Shown here: piece after piece, positions 38,504-52,778 of the stretch
Layout: each line of letters starts with the position of its first letter
Numbering within the stretch: position 1 is the first letter of the stretch
Assembly: GCA_013265495.1 (NCBI GenBank)
Contig: MU058213.1
Location: 2,294,001 to 2,358,000 of the forward strand
Direction: 5' to 3'
Length of the DNA: 64,000 bases
Origin: Vicugna vicugna
Taxonomy: Eukaryota
Program-made: the position numbers and the translations under genes
The notes under the pieces: model-generated
Seen by the model: the letters and a program-made list of their open reading frames with translations, nothing else
Told to the model about the DNA's origin: nothing
The model's database searches: none

Positions 38504-40089
38504 TCTCCTTCAGTGCTTTGATTGCATTGACTTAAGTTCTTATTTCCCTGGATATTTGTAGTCAGTTTTATTAGTTACATGATAAGGAGCACTTAAAGAC
38601 CTCTCTACTTTTTTTTTTCCTTGTCTAGAGGTAACAGTCTTGTCTGCTTCAAAATTCAGCAAAGCCTTAATGAAAGTGATGGGGATATGGGAAAGACAGG
38701 CTACAAGAGGAAGTGGTCACCTCTCTTGTTCCCTTTCTTTAGTCATCCAAAGTCTCTGCAGGGTGGTTCTCATGGAACTAAGTTCCTTGAGCCTATGTTA
38801 GGAAAGATTGATCTTCTGTCTATGGTTTTGAGCTAGGCTCTAGCTGCTTCCCTCAACCCCAGGAAACCATTGAGTGCTTTCCAACCACTATTAGGATTAG
38901 TGAACCTTGTTAGGAAAAAGGTGATGTTGAGCGACGTCAGAAAAAAAGTAAGAGAAAAATAGAGAAATATCATTGAAGGGCAGGACACAGAGATTGACAA
39001 ACAGAAAAAGAAAGCTTCTGTTTTGACCTCATATTCAAATAGGTAAAATTGCCCCAAAAATACATGAAGTGCCAAGATTTCCAAGGTGGTTCAGTTACTG
39101 TCATGAAGAAATAACTTCGTGAGTGCGAGCAAGCCAATTATTACCCAGAGTTCTGAACAGTTACTTTGTTTGTAAAATGATCTTGATTTAAATCATAGTT
39201 TTTGTTTTTGTTATACCTGACGTGAGTTAGGTTGTACAATATATGGATATAGCAGGCTTAATATATACTCCAGATACTTGTCATAGTTCTGACATTGCTT
39301 TTGTATTTGTCTGTGGAGTTTAGGATGTTGCATTCTGTCCGCACACCGTCTTCCCCACTAGTAGTTTTGACCTCCATGTTTTGCCAGGGCATGAGACCAG
39401 TCACTTAACATGGAAGCTAAGGTTGTTCTTACTCTGCAGGGGCTCTGGACTCCTCTTTTCTTGTAGCAGCAGTCTTTTCTCTGGTATCTGAGGTCTTTGT
39501 TTCTTTTTTTTTTTTTCCTCCCCTATCTAGCCTAAAAGTCAAATTCTTCTCTATCTCCTCAAGTAACTCCCTTACTTCTAAAGGAAAGGGTCAGAAATTC
39601 TCCTAAACCTAGACAATGACTGTTACCCATTGCTATAAACCCGTCCCTTCCCTGTGTCAGTGGTTCATCCTACATAAACATACCTGCATGCTCTGAACCA
39701 AGATTGCCAAGTACTAAGAAAATGGCAGCCCATGTAATAAATAGCTTGTTTTGCTCGCAGTGCCAGGTCACTTTTGGGGGGAAAATGGTAAGCCTTTTTC
39801 TTTGGCTTTTTGATCAGCTGTTTTATGGAAAAGTTCCTCCCACCCCCGGGGGGGGATTTGGTAGAGAAGGCCTTCACTATAGGTTTAGGGACAAGGGAGT
39901 TAGGATTAGGGATTGTTAATTATTTTAAGGGTTATCAGATGCAAACAGGACCTACTTTCACAATTTATAATTGCACAGCTGTTCAATCCAAATGCCCACA
40001 ATTTTTTACTTACTTTTATTCAGATTGCCATCAGTCTAGTTTTAGCCCTCAATACCTTTTAGCTAGGCAATTGCTAGCTTATCTGCTAA

Positions 40090-40500
40090 CTGATCTTCCT
40101 TCAATTTATTCTTCCACACTGAGTCCAGTCTCTACACAGCTAAGATTAGTCTCCTGAAAGCACAGTCCTTTTCTGACTTAAACGTGTGTAATGGCTCCTC
40201 ATTTCTGTAATGTAAACTGTGCATCTTCCTACGTGGATTTGAATATTCTTAATTTCTGTTTCTCTTTACAGTGGGGAAGTATTACCTCGCTTTTCTGTGT
40301 TCTTATTTATTTGTGTCATTCCTATGACATGTATTAATTTCTTAAATTACATAAACTTAACAAGATTCATATCCTTGCTGACCTGATTTTAAATTCTTTA
40401 AAGGCATAGAATTGGTCTATTTTACTTAGGTTTCCTTTTGTAAAGCTTCTGATAGTGTGTTGCCCATATTAGGAGCTCATTTGTAAATTAATTTTGTTTT
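40090..40500 (+). mobile_element. L2 3' end fragments
   Basis: tctacacagctaagattagtctcctgaaagcacag and aaattctttaaaggcataga...atagtgtgttgcccatattaggagctca. Confidence 0.55.
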
Positions 40501-41839
40501 AGAATTGGCAATCTCTTAGGTCAGTTAATCAGAATTACTTCTTAGGAGATTCAAATTCACCATATTTTAAGAAAATACTATTCCTGAAACACTTGTGGAT
40601 TCAGGACGGGACACGTGAGAAGTACTGACTTATAAAAGCAGCTTAACACACCCTTCAAACTCAGTGTTACTAAGCCCTTATAGGAAAAAAATAATCAGAA
40701 TTTTTCTCATGTGAGATGTAACTCTAGTTGCTTAGGAGGCCACTTTACTTTTAATTGTGAACCCCCTTTTCTCTACTTTGGAGAAACTAGAAAGTTGTAT
40801 TTAAATTTTATAAAAATATTCTGCAATTATGCTAAGATAAATTTTATCCCTTCATTCTTCTGTGTGAAAACCTGAGCACATTAGAATACTCTAGATTTAA
40901 ATTCACACTGTATTAAAGATTTTCTTTAATGAACTCTTATGAAAACTTTCTAAAGGAGAACTCTTGTGATTAATAATAGAATGACCTTTTTCACCTTGTT
41001 CTTTATAAAAGTAATAAAGGGAGTCATCTTACTTAATCCATTATAGGATGAAGAGAACCTACCATCTATTAGCCTGCGTCATACGTAACAATGCCAGCGG
41101 GTAGTCACATCAGCTAGAAAAGAATCTCCTGTGGGTCTAGGGGAGCCCCAACCCCACCGTAGACTCTGGATTACGCTCTGCTAGTGCTCAGTGCTCTCTG
41201 CCTGCAGTCCTCCTGCCAAGCGGGTACATGATAGTCTGTATACTGAAATTTGGCCTAGACATGGAACCTCTTAATTAGGAAAATTGACATCAATAAGGCC
41301 ACAGACTTTATAAAACCCATGTATCAAAAACTGCTTGCTAAGCCATTAGCTTCCTGTGGCCAAAAAAAGAAAAAAGAAAAAGACCAATCTATCTAATTTT
41401 GGCCTACCACCAACAGTTAGTTTCCTAGTTCACAGTCAACTGAAAATGCTTCCTTAGACTCTTGTAAATTACTCAGGAAACACTTGATATTTCTATTTAG
41501 AAAATTTCGGTCATTGGAGTACATTTTGATCTGAGCCACAAAGACGAGCCACCAGGCTGACTCCTTCAATGTATGGACCTATGAAACTCCAGGATTACCA
41601 CCATGGACCCCATTAGTGGGAAATAAACTTTGGCATAGTGTCAGGGGAAGAATGATCAGGTACTAACTATAATCTAAGCCAGGCTTACAAACTCTAGTTT
41701 TCCTGGAGTGGGATTACAAATCATTTCTTTTAAGCGTAGTTTTTCCTACATAGACATTGCCAAAGAACTCATAGAAGACATTCAGAAGATTAAATTATCC
41801 TGAGCTTCCCAGAGGGAAAAACATGGATCACTGGCGAAA

Positions 41840-42035
41840 TGATGAGTTGGCAGACTTCCTCAGCATGAGGAGAAATTTCCAACAGTAGGAGCTACCTTTG
41901 TAAAAACTAAATTCTCCTTTTCTAGAAATAGTTAAATACCTTTGGTGATTGCTTGTTAGAAAGGTTGCAAAGGAAATTTAAATGTCAGATGGGTTGATTC
42001 TTTAAAGCCTCTTCCAATCTTCAGAATCTTTTACA
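41840..42035 (+). mobile_element. L3/CR1 3' end
   Basis: Tail tctttaaagcctcttccaatcttcagaatct resembles the CR1/L3 3' end. Confidence 0.55.
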
Positions 42036-42069
42036 TCCTGTTCTAATATTCTATCCTATCCTAATGTAA

Positions 42070-42490
42070 TCACTTTATCAGATAGGTGTTGTGTAGTAAA
42101 CCACCCTAAAATGGAGAAGCGTAAACAATGTATCTACAGATCTCATCTGCATTAGCTTATGTGTGTATGGTCAGCTGGACAGAGGCTGGTCCTCACATGT
42201 CTGTGGGCATCTGTATGTACCTGGGCAACAGAGGGGATTGGGCTGTATGTCACTTGACATCCAGCTGGCCAGTCCAAGCTCATTCATTGGACAGTGACAG
42301 TATTCTAAGAAAGCAAGTGGAAACAGGCAAAACTACTTTAAACCAAGGCTAGAACTGATAGCCAGCAATTTGGCTACATTCTGTTACCCAAGAAAAGTAA
42401 TAAATTTAGTTCAGATTCAAGGATCATGGAAATACTCTGACTTTTTATAAGAGGAATGAACTGAAGTCATTTTTTTGTGATCTACTATAA
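42070..42490 (-). mobile_element. Old MaLR LTR (MLT1G/H-like)
   Basis: gtagtaaaccaccctaaaat...cctcacatgtctg...ccaagaaaagtaataa..cagattcaagg. Confidence 0.65.
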
Positions 42491-42857
42491 TTATGTATAC
42501 CTATAATTAAATATTCAAAATTGCATACTTCTCATAATTTGAAGAAGATAGAATGTTTCATATATTTACCTTCACTTACGAGATGATTTTTTTCTGTACT
42601 TGGAATAATTTTTTTTAAATTACCATGAAAATACCAGAATATTCTTTTTGGTGTTTAACCAGTTACCTCAGCTGCAATACAGGATAAAGGATGACTTACT
42701 TTCCAGTGGACAAAGTGCTCTGAAAATTTACAGAAGTAAAATAGTTCCAATTTGTAGCTATCAGGGCGGACTTTATGGAGAAGATGGCATTGAATTGGGA
42801 TTTGAGGTTGGGGTGGGATTTTGATATGTGGATAAGGAAAAGGCAGACCAAGAACCA

Positions 42858-42905
42858 GGACAAAAACTTAAACAGTATCATGGACAAAAACTTAAACAGC
42901 GTCAT
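42858..42905. repeat. 24-bp tandem duplication
   Basis: ggacaaaaacttaaacagtatcat followed by ggacaaaaacttaaacagcgtcat. Confidence 0.9.
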
Positions 42906-43927
42906 GAACAAGAAAATGTCCTGGACAGTAACGTGTCAGAGGATATGAAGGATAAAGTGGGAGATGCCTTTGGACAAGTAAGTTGAAACTCTGAATTCCT
43001 GACTATAGACATTAAATATATTAGTCATTGGAATAATATGTCTGTAACTTTGAATACCTGCAGCTTGTGAAAATGACTGAGTTGTTCTGGGAATGTAGTG
43101 GTTGAACAATAACTACTAGAGGATAATGACAGAGGGAGACTTTATGAATTTATAGTCACAGAACTGTATAGTTTTCATTAATCAGAGCAGACCCACCTGC
43201 CAAAATTACAAGAAACCTAATTTTTAGAGAGACAGTCTTTGGAAGCAAGTGCACTCAGGCGTAGCAGACGTGTCCTTTGCTTTGAGTACTTTTACGTAAC
43301 TCTGTCAACTGCGATAAACATCGCTGTAGCTCCTGCTCATTATCTTGATGTTGAGACTCGAAGGTCCTAGTTAGGAAGAGCCAAAGCAGAGACCGGTAGG
43401 AGCCACTGATGCTCAGAATGATCTGAGTATAAATCTTTTCACAAAGTGACACCATCTGCCACATAATCTTTACTTAAAGATCTCTTCAGGAAACAATACT
43501 CTAAATAGTTGTTCCAGAATCACACAGTGACAACTGCAGAATCTTGTGTTTCAGAAGAATCCCCAATGTTAATGATAAGATGCATTTATTTGTTTCCAGT
43601 GTAGGAAGTACTAAAACTATAGAGCAGGAGGGAATGAAACCACAGACTGTATACAGCTGGGTATCCTCTCTGGGTCAGAGCTGAGACCAGTGTGATGAGA
43701 TCTGTGAAAACTCCTGTTTGATGCCATAGATTTGTACAGTTTGAAGAGAGTACTCAGGCAGTTCTTGTAGCTGGGGTTCAGACTTAGACATAGTTGATGG
43801 GAGGACCAGGTTAGCAGTAATGAAATTGATATGCAGCAGAATTCAGGGAAAGATGGGGTTTCCTGTGAGAAGTCTTATGAGGGAACAAAAGGAGCTTGTC
43901 ATGGTAATTCGGACTCAGAAACCCCAG

Positions 43928-43933
<6 letters not shown>

Positions 43934-43961
<28 letters not shown>
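43934..43961. repeat. (GA)n microsatellite
   Basis: About 14 AG units, read directly. Confidence 0.95.
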
Positions 43962-43963
<2 letters not shown>

Positions 43964-44199
43964 ATCATTATCCAGCCTTAAAAGCTGTATAAGCAATTTG
44001 TAAGGACCAAAAAAGTGTATATGTGATTTTGAGCTCTTTGAGATCCAAGCAAAACTTGAGTACCACCCCGCACCCCACTTGAGTAAAAAACAACTCAAAG
44101 GGTAAAAATTAGAGATGAAACACTAAAAAGCGCTTATAGTCTCTTCAGTTCTTCCATTCAGCCAATGGGACCCAAGCAGGGGAAAAATCTTACATCATC

Positions 44200-44400
44200 T
44201 TTGAGCCAAAAAACACAGGATTTGGAATTAGAAGTCCTAGCTTTCTGTCTTGACTCCACCGTTTAATAGCTGGCTGAGCTAAGGGAAGTCACTTAATCTG
44301 TTAGTCATGATGCCTCATTTGAAAAATGTGGATTATAACCATAACAATTAGATCACAGGATCATTTAATGCATTACAGGTTTTTCGTCTAGCGCACACAA
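44200..44400 (+). mobile_element. MIR SINE
   Basis: gggaagtcacttaatct...gcctcatttgaaaaatgtggattataa. Confidence 0.75.
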
Positions 44401-44453
44401 AAATAACTGCTTTAAGATACGAAAAGGAAAAGTTTTGCTTATGGTGGCCAGAG

Positions 44454-44548
44454 ATAGGGTCTCCTGGGACTGAGGAGTTCTGCAAGACAGAGGACTTCAG
44501 TGCTAAAGTTGGGAGTCCTGAACAAACTGGGATGAATTGGCCACTCTG
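44454..44548 (-). mobile_element. MER81-like hAT-Blackjack MITE
   Basis: gggactgaggagttc...ggacttcagtgctaaa...aaactgggatgaattggccactct. Confidence 0.65.
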
Positions 44549-46559
44549 AGGGACTCTGGCTGCCCCCAATGGCCATCAAGATGGCTTCTCTAAGATCAGT
44601 GTACCTGTCACGTGTGCACCTCGCTCTGAGCTCTCATTAAGGGAATGAACGTAGGCAATGTACTTCTTTCTATGCGACTCTACTTCTCTGGGCTTCTGCC
44701 TGAGAACGTGCATGGATTCAAGCTTGGAAAAGTAGTTGCCCACTTCAGTTCCCTACTCGCATATTTCATTAGACATGATTTTTTGCCTCTTAAATACAAG
44801 AGTCATGTCAAGAAAGACAAACAGGGAAGAGAAGGGCCTTAAGAGATAGAATGAAGAGTGCATTTCTGAGCTGAATTGAGATTGAGAAGGAGAAACTTGA
44901 ATAGAACAGAAATCTGTCCTCTTGACCCTTTGAGGAAGCTATAGTAAGAACTCAACAAGGCTGTGACTTTTTTCTAAAAAACTTAGTTTTTTTGAGTGAG
45001 AACATGGCAGATATTCACAAACTTCTTCCTTTGCAGTATGTATTACAGTCTAGTTTTCTGCTTTTGCTTGCTAGATGTTAGCTGTATTATCTCAACTGAA
45101 ATAAGCCTTTTTCTTCCTGTTACTGCAATCAGGGCATGGGCAGGCTTTTATTTCACTATCCCTGGCAGAAAAGGTGAACTTCTTGGAGTCAAAGCTGAAA
45201 ACAGATCTTACCACTCACTGCTTAGAAACCTGGCACTTCCTGCATCACACCATTAAACATCTCCCTAATGGCAATGTGTCTTCATTGAGCTATTGAGCTA
45301 TTTCATGCTCACTGTTGTGCAGGGTATGACAAAATGGTCTGATACTCATGCTGATAAAGTAATTTCCAAGTTTGTCTAGCATCCAAATTCTATTGAGACC
45401 ACTGGACCAGGCAGGATAAACACAGTAAAAATCTGACACAATGTAAGTATCAGTGGATTTGAGTAGAGGAGATCAACTTAGGAGGACTGTATAATTTCAA
45501 AGACAAGTCAGTGTATTTATTGAGGGTACACCAAGTACAAAAGCACTGTTCAGTCTATGGATCTTTTTAGGTTGAAGGTGCAAAGCATGAGACCATCTCT
45601 CTCCTTGAGCATGTTGCGTTTAGCTGAGGAGATAGTTGAGGGGATAAGACCAGCATGTGAATTTTAAGGGACCATAGGAAACAGGAAAGAAAAACCAGGT
45701 GCCCTTGGGGCCAAAATACACATCAGTGATCTCTTGGTATTCAAGGTCTTACTTAACAATGACTTGGACATGGGTATTATGGGGATATAAAGACTTTGAA
45801 GATAGGCCAGTGCCAGATTGGGAAGGACCTTGAACATCAGCTATGAAGTATGGAATTTTCATGTTCTCTAAACTGCTTTTTTAACTCAAAATACCCAAAG
45901 GATGTGTTGGAATCAGGGAAAGCACCACCTGTACCTTCCTCTTACCTTGGATATTATACGTCTAGCATGTCATGTCCTTGAAGAAAGCACTCATTTTAGG
46001 AAATCAGGAGCCAGGGAAGGCATTTGAACAACAAATTTAAAAAACATTTGTATGAAGATTGAGGTGGTGTGCAATATATACTGGAAACCAAAAAATTGGA
46101 AGACTTGAAATATTACTGGCAAAAAGAGCATAAAGACTATTTTATCAGAATAAATGATGACTGGCTTTAAGCATCTTCAACAGTGGGGAAAAATGTAATG
46201 AATAGTTGAATAGAAATGTCAGGTAGACCTCTAGGAATGATTAGATCATGGGTGAAAGTTTAGCACTGGTGTAAGTATTTGAGATTCATCTCTGCAGAAC
46301 TGATAGCTAAATGAAAATGGCAGAGAGTATAGAAACCTAGGTGGAATGACTAAGGAAGAAGGATGTTGTTAAATCCTCATGACAGTGCATACTGCTTTCT
46401 TCCTTGTATCAAGTAACAGGATGTTAGAGCATACACTTGTGTCACAGAAACTGTGATCCACAGTTTATCACCCTGCAGTATCCTTGCCTGACGTGTTCTG
46501 AGCCTAACTTGAGAAAATCTGGAGTCATGCATCCTCTGTTTTAATTTAGAAATGGAATT

Positions 46560-46790
46560 CATGAACTTTAAATCTGGGGTGAGGTTCTAATGTCGGGAAA
46601 TCATTCTAGCTGAATAGCTATTCATCAGTATATCTATGTCCACTTTTCTTAATGTCTGTGAAGTTATTTCCCCATCTGTATAAGGGAGTAATTACAATTT
46701 CCACCTCATTTCATTGCTAATGAGTATTAAATGAATCAGCATATGTAAACATGTCACACAACGTATAGCACACAGAAAACAAATGTTCAT
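46560..46790 (+). mobile_element. MIR SINE
   Basis: tttccccatctgtataagggagtaatta...gagtattaaatgaatcagcatatgtaaa. Confidence 0.7.
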
Positions 46791-48363
46791 TACAGGCTGG
46801 TCAATAACAACTGTTCCGTGATTTCAAATATGCTTCAAAGTCTATTTCTCTGGTACCTTTTAGGTAGTTTAGATTTTAAAAATTAGACTCATTTAAATAA
46901 GAACTTAAGGGCTCATATCAGTGAATACCCTTTGTAACATCACTTTCAGGTTGGAGTAGGGTACGTCAGTTTAAGATGGATTAAGATGTGGGTAACAGGA
47001 CAGCCCCCAAATTAACAGACCTTTGCTGCTCCACACTTGATGGCTTCTTATAAATAGCTCTTTTGAGCTATATTTAATTTCAGGGTTATTCTATAAATTA
47101 AACAATAGATAGGAAAACATAAGCTGGTGAATTTGGGCACGAGGAGTGAGGTCTTGGGCTAGCACTAGTTACAAAGGCATGACTTGCTGCTGGCATGAGT
47201 TCCTGGTTTGACAGTGGTGTAAGATTTCCTGAAGCTAATGGTTCTATCTAGGGAGACTGCAACTGGCCAACTTAGATATTTATTAAATATTTCAGTGGCC
47301 TGAGAGAATTAATACTGTCACAAGTTCTCTTACAGTGGGAATAAACACCTTAATACGTATTTTTATATGTTAAGTTTTTTTTTGGTATGTTTTATATTTT
47401 GTTTTATATTGGGTACAGTTGGCCTTCTGTCAGTTATCATTAGAAGTTTGACTTTTTTCAAGCAATTCCATGTCCCTGCCTTGGAGAGATTTGTGATTTA
47501 GCTGAAGCATAAACTTTATGTTGGTTATCCAGAATTCCCCATTCTATGTTCTCTCGTTATTAGGAAATTACATATGATAGTCATATTGTTATTTATAAAT
47601 CTGTATGTAAATCCCTGTGTGTGTGTGTGTGTGTATGACAAGTCTGCTGTTGATGATTTTTTTTTCCTTACAACAGATGACAATCTATAACTCAAAGGGC
47701 TAGGTGGTCACAGGCATGAGATTCAAATACAACCCCTGGTAATTTCACTAGGAAGGTAGAGACTTGTCCATTTCCCTGTTTGTTTCCCTCTCGGGCTCAT
47801 CCCATGATGGCAGAATCTGGAGACCCAATTCCCTTTGCTTTTGCCTTAATGAAATTATGAATGGATAAACCAAAAGACATTCAGAGATATTACCTGGGCC
47901 AGTCTTGGTAGTCAGAAAAAGGCATTTGAACTGTTCTGGTCAGAAGATCTGGCAAGGATATTTAAGCCATTTCTGGAAAATGAACATTTCTGACTAGTGA
48001 GAAAGGTCTCTTGGGGTCTCTGGACTCAGAAATCACCTCCTCCCTCCTTCCTGCATCTAATGCAAACTAGTTACATTCTGGTTAACATGCTTTTTAGTTT
48101 CCACATAATTCATTAGCTCTCTAATCTCTAATGTAGCTGTGTTCTTAAAAATTCTACTAGGAATTTAAATTTCCTAAATAATCCCTATTCAGATTCAACT
48201 AGATTAAGTATGAGGGGGAAGTCTAGAGAAAACAGATGTTGACAATCCAAAGTCACTATGCTAAGTTTTAACTCTTTAACCTGTGTTCCCTGAACAGGTG
48301 AGAGATGAGACATCTAGATAAAGTTATGCTGGATTTTAGAATTTTCTTCTTTTTCTCTCTCCC

Positions 48364-48820
48364 CTACATAGACAAAATAATGGCTTCACAAAGAAGTAAA
48401 CATCCTAATCTGTGAAACCTGTGAATATATTAACTTACTTGGCCAAAGGAACTTGGCCAAAGGTTGAATTCAGGATCTTGGAAGGGAGAGATCTGGGTGG
48501 AACCAGTATAATTTTAAGGGTCCTTTTTAAGAGAGACAGAAGAATCAGAGTGAAAGGAGATGTGATGAAAAAGGAAAGAGGGATCAGAGTGACGTAAGGA
48601 AGGGGCCACAAGGGAAGGAATGCAGGCAGCTTCAGCCTCTGTAGAGAAACCACAAAACGCAAGGAAGTTGATTCTCCCCAAGAGCCAACAGTGGGAACAC
48701 AGCTCTGCTGATACCTTGATTTTAGGACTCCTGACCAGAACTGTAAAAGAATACATTTGTGTTATTTTGAGCCACTAAATTTGTGGTATTTTGTTACAGT
48801 AGCATGAGGAACCTAGTACT
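48364..48820 (+). mobile_element. MaLR solo LTR (MLT1D-like)
   Basis: aataatggc...aacctgtgaatat...ccagaactgtaaaagaatacatttgtgttattttgagccactaaatttgtggtattttgttacag. Confidence 0.88.
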
Positions 48821-49789
48821 CTTTCCCTCTGTTTCTTTTTTTTTAATGGGTCTCAATCTTTCTTGAATTTAGCTGCCAGAGAACTTTGCATCTGCTGGAA
48901 CACCTGCTGTTCTTTTTGGTCTCCTGTCTTCCATTCTGTGCAGGATGCTTTATTTTATAACTAGAGCCTCTGGTGCAAATGTACTACTATCACTGCTTGA
49001 GGATTGGGATTGCTTCTGTCATCAGTCCAACAGAAGCTACTTATCCCGGATCTGCTAGGTGTTCAGTGCTGTGCTAGCCATTGTTTTAATGTACTCTCTT
49101 TTCTAAGAGGCTACAGTCTCTTTTGTAATTGTGAGTTGAGGAATTGGAGAGTGAAGTGACTTGCAACCTGAAAAATCAATTATTATCTTTTCCATTAGCT
49201 AGTATTGAAAAAGCATTTATTTTCCTAGCTATCTATGGATGGCAGGATTTTGGAAGTGAGTTTGATGTATTCTGTTCTGTATTTTCTATTTTCCACTGAG
49301 AATTATGTTCTCAAATGTAAACTAATAAGACCACTTTACTTTGGAAGTTACGAAAACTTATGAAGTTATTTCTTTAAAATGTCAAACTGAAAAGTAAGGA
49401 AACATGGGGCTAACATCTCGCAAATGAGAATTGGTGTTACAGATTGAAAGCAGCCTTTGTTCCATCAATTCAACAGGCTTTCCAGGACCATTACCCTCTT
49501 GAGGGGCCGCTTTCACTAATGGTTATGTCATGTATTGTCTTGTCAAATTTGAAGTACAGTATCAAGTACTCCAGATTGTTGTACAGTACTTGGATTTGAA
49601 TTTTCTTAGTGACCAATCCAGTTGGCACAGAAGGACTAGAAATGATGAGAATTCTGTGGGTTTTAAGCAGAAAAAATACAGGGAGCTCTAGTTTGGAATA
49701 GTTTCCTCATAATATTTTATAATTTGGTGTTTTAACCAATAAGGTACCAGTTTGTTTACTTCTAGATTTTTGTATAGCTCATAATGTTA

Positions 49790-51340
49790 AAATAATTTAT
49801 TTCAAAAAATGGAAAATACAGAAAAGAATACATCAAACTCACTTGCAAAATCCTGCCATCCAGAGATGACTAGAGTGAACATTTTAGGGTGTGTGTGTGT
49901 TTATATATTTTAAAATAACCCACGCTCATTTCAAAATTTCCATGATCTGCAAAAGTGAAAGAAATTAAAAGTCCAAATCCACATCCCTCTTTTCTCAGTA
50001 CCTCCTTTCCCACTTCCTAGGAGTAACGATTGTTTACAATTCATTGCATACTTCTAGAAGTTCATTTTCTCCCTCCTTGTGCCTCTTGCTCTCTCTCCAT
50101 ATATATTTGTGTGTGTGTACATGTGTACACACATACATATATATAAAACAAACATATAACCAAATGGAATTTTTGTGTAATATTTATAAATATAATTGTT
50201 TTCACGTAAATGTATTAGTAACAATACATAATTGTATGCATATATTTACAATATTGCAGGAAAAGTGTGGATAAAAAAACTGTACTAAATGCTATGTGCC
50301 AGGTACTGCCATTTTTTAAATCCCATTATCTCATTTAATGGTCCCAGTTATATTAGGTGATTCACATTACTGCCATTTTACAGATGAGAAATTGAGGGTA
50401 GACATAGAATCCAAGGCGCCCAGTGAGTTAAGGGCAGAACTGTATTCTAATCCCAGCCCTGTCTTATTTCAGAACTTAGATATTGTAGACATTTTCTCAT
50501 TCTAGTAAATGTTTATTATCTTTCACAAAATATTATATAGCATGTAGATATAATGATAAATAGTTAAACAAATTTCATCATTAAATCTTTAGATTATGTT
50601 TTTCTCACTATTATAAATAATGTGCTTTCAAAAGTATTTCATGAAGATAAGTTGCTGGAAGTATAATTACTGGATTACTAAATTGTCCTCAAAGATTCTA
50701 TTATTTTCTAATTTCCTATACTGTTATATATTATTTATGTTATAATTTTCTCTCTCGCCAATCTGAAAGGTCACAAATGCATCTCATTTAAAGTTTGTTC
50801 TGTGGCAGTGAAGTCAAACATTTTTCTTTTTTCTTGCCATTTTAATTTTTCATTTTGTGATTATTCTGCTGTTTTTTTTCCCCACTTATCTTTTGGGGTA
50901 AATTATCTTTTCTATTTGTAGGAATTATTTATATATTAAGAAGAGTATTTTTGGCTTATATCATAATATTTTCCAGTTTATCCAATTATAAATATTATGT
51001 CATTTTTAAGAAATAGCTTTTTATTTTGTTTATCAATATTCACCTGTTTTCTGTCTGTGAGTAATAATTATAAAACTATTCCCCATACCAAGGTTATGAA
51101 ATGATTTTCTTCCAATCCTCTTAAGGCAAACATTTGTATCTTTAGTCTATATTAATTTTTTGAATGCATGGTATGAGTATAACTTTTCTCAAACTACTTA
51201 ATTACTTAACATTTATTGAAGAACATATTTTGTCAGATATTTAAACTCTGAGTATTTAGGCCAAGTCATATGCATTTGTAACCAAATCATTATTGGTTAT
51301 TTCTGGACTTTACATTTTCTATGTTTTAGGGCTAATTTCA
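49790..51340 (-). mobile_element. Highly decayed L1ME-like fragments with a MIR at ~50270-50480
   Basis: MIR core ccattttacagatgagaaattgagg within degenerate antisense L1 sequence. Confidence 0.55.
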
Positions 51341-51369
51341 CAGCTTTTCAAGATAAGTATAGGCAACTA

Positions 51370-52510
51370 TGCAAGAAAAAAATGGCATAAAAATTGGAAA
51401 CGAAGAACTAAAACTTTGTGGAGGGAATGATTATGTATGTAGGAAAGCCTAAGATTTCTACACAATGATTATTGGAACTAATAGTGACATTATCAAGGCC
51501 ATAGAGATTGAAGGTAATATACCAAAGTCAATTCTATTTTTATATGCTATAAGCAAGCTGTTGTAAAATGAAAACTTTATCAAATTGTGTCAAAACACAT
51601 AACATATATAGAAATAAATTTTAAATGTGCCAGATTTATGGCCAAAAAATTCAAACACAGTTGAGAGAAGTTAGATTAATTAACATGCCATATTCGTGAA
51701 TTGGAAAACGCAGAGTTGTAAAAATGTCAGTTTTGTCCAGTCTGATTCCAATTCAATCCCAGTTATAATCCCAGGAGTCTTGTTTTAATACAAATTGGCA
51801 AACTGATTCTAAAATTTACAGGTAAATGTAAAGGAGTTAATATTCAAAGCAGTCTTAACAAAGAACAAGTTTGAGGACATACACTACTTGACTTCAAGAT
51901 ACAACATAAAGCTACAATAATCAAACAGTGGGAACTGGCATAAGAATGAAAAATATATCAACCGAATGCACAGAGTCCAGAAACACAGCCACATAGATAT
52001 GCTTGGCTGATTTCTGACAAAGGTGTCAAAGTAGTCCAATAGGAAATGAAAGTCTTTTCAACAAGTGATGCTGGAATAGTTGAGTGTCCCTATGGGGGAA
52101 CCTCTTAAGTCATCATACACACAAATTTTTTTTTAATCTTTAAAGCAAACGTGTAAACATAAAAAGAAAAAACGGTTTAGATGAAACCATGGAAAAATAC
52201 CTTATTTCTTGTTTTTAGGTCACAAAAAGGGGTAACTATTAAAAAATTAAAACATTAGACTTCAGTGGGATTCTGCTCAAGAAATGACACCATTAAGAAA
52301 ATGAGTAGACAAGCCATGTGTTGGGAGGAAATATAAAACACACGTGTAACAAAGGACTAGCATGCAGGTGACACAAAAATCCTGTAACTAAACGATAAAA
52401 TGTTAACCAAATAAAAATGAGCAAAAGATTTCAACAAACACTTAACCAAAGAACAGGCAGGAATAGCCAATATGCACCTGGAAAAATGTGCAGCATCATA
52501 AGCCTTCAGG
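51370..52510 (+). mobile_element. Old L1 ORF2 fragment, sense orientation
   Basis: actgattctaaaatttaca...gacttcaagatacaacataaagctacaataatcaaacagtg. Confidence 0.8.
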
Positions 52511-52778
52511 TCACCCATTACCCTAATGCTAATTCTGAGGAAGGGTAAGCGTCATGGAGTCCTGCCGATGAAACAGGCTGGACAGGCTAAAGGCCCATCT
52601 AGATAGACGCAACCTCCAAACAGATGATCAGGGCACTGTTTCAGTAGCCCACCTATTAAAGAAGTAGAACCTGGCAGAGACCCTCACAGGGTATAGGCAC
52701 TTGCTTAAAATTTTTCAATATAGATAAAAATTGGCTTTTTATAAAAGCCTGGGAGGATGTTTATTTGCCTAAAATATA

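Noticed and set aside
42760..42790. ggactttatgg resembling the GLYG codons of the next UNC13C exon
   Set aside because: It does not continue as IDSMPDL and lies in L2-like sequence.
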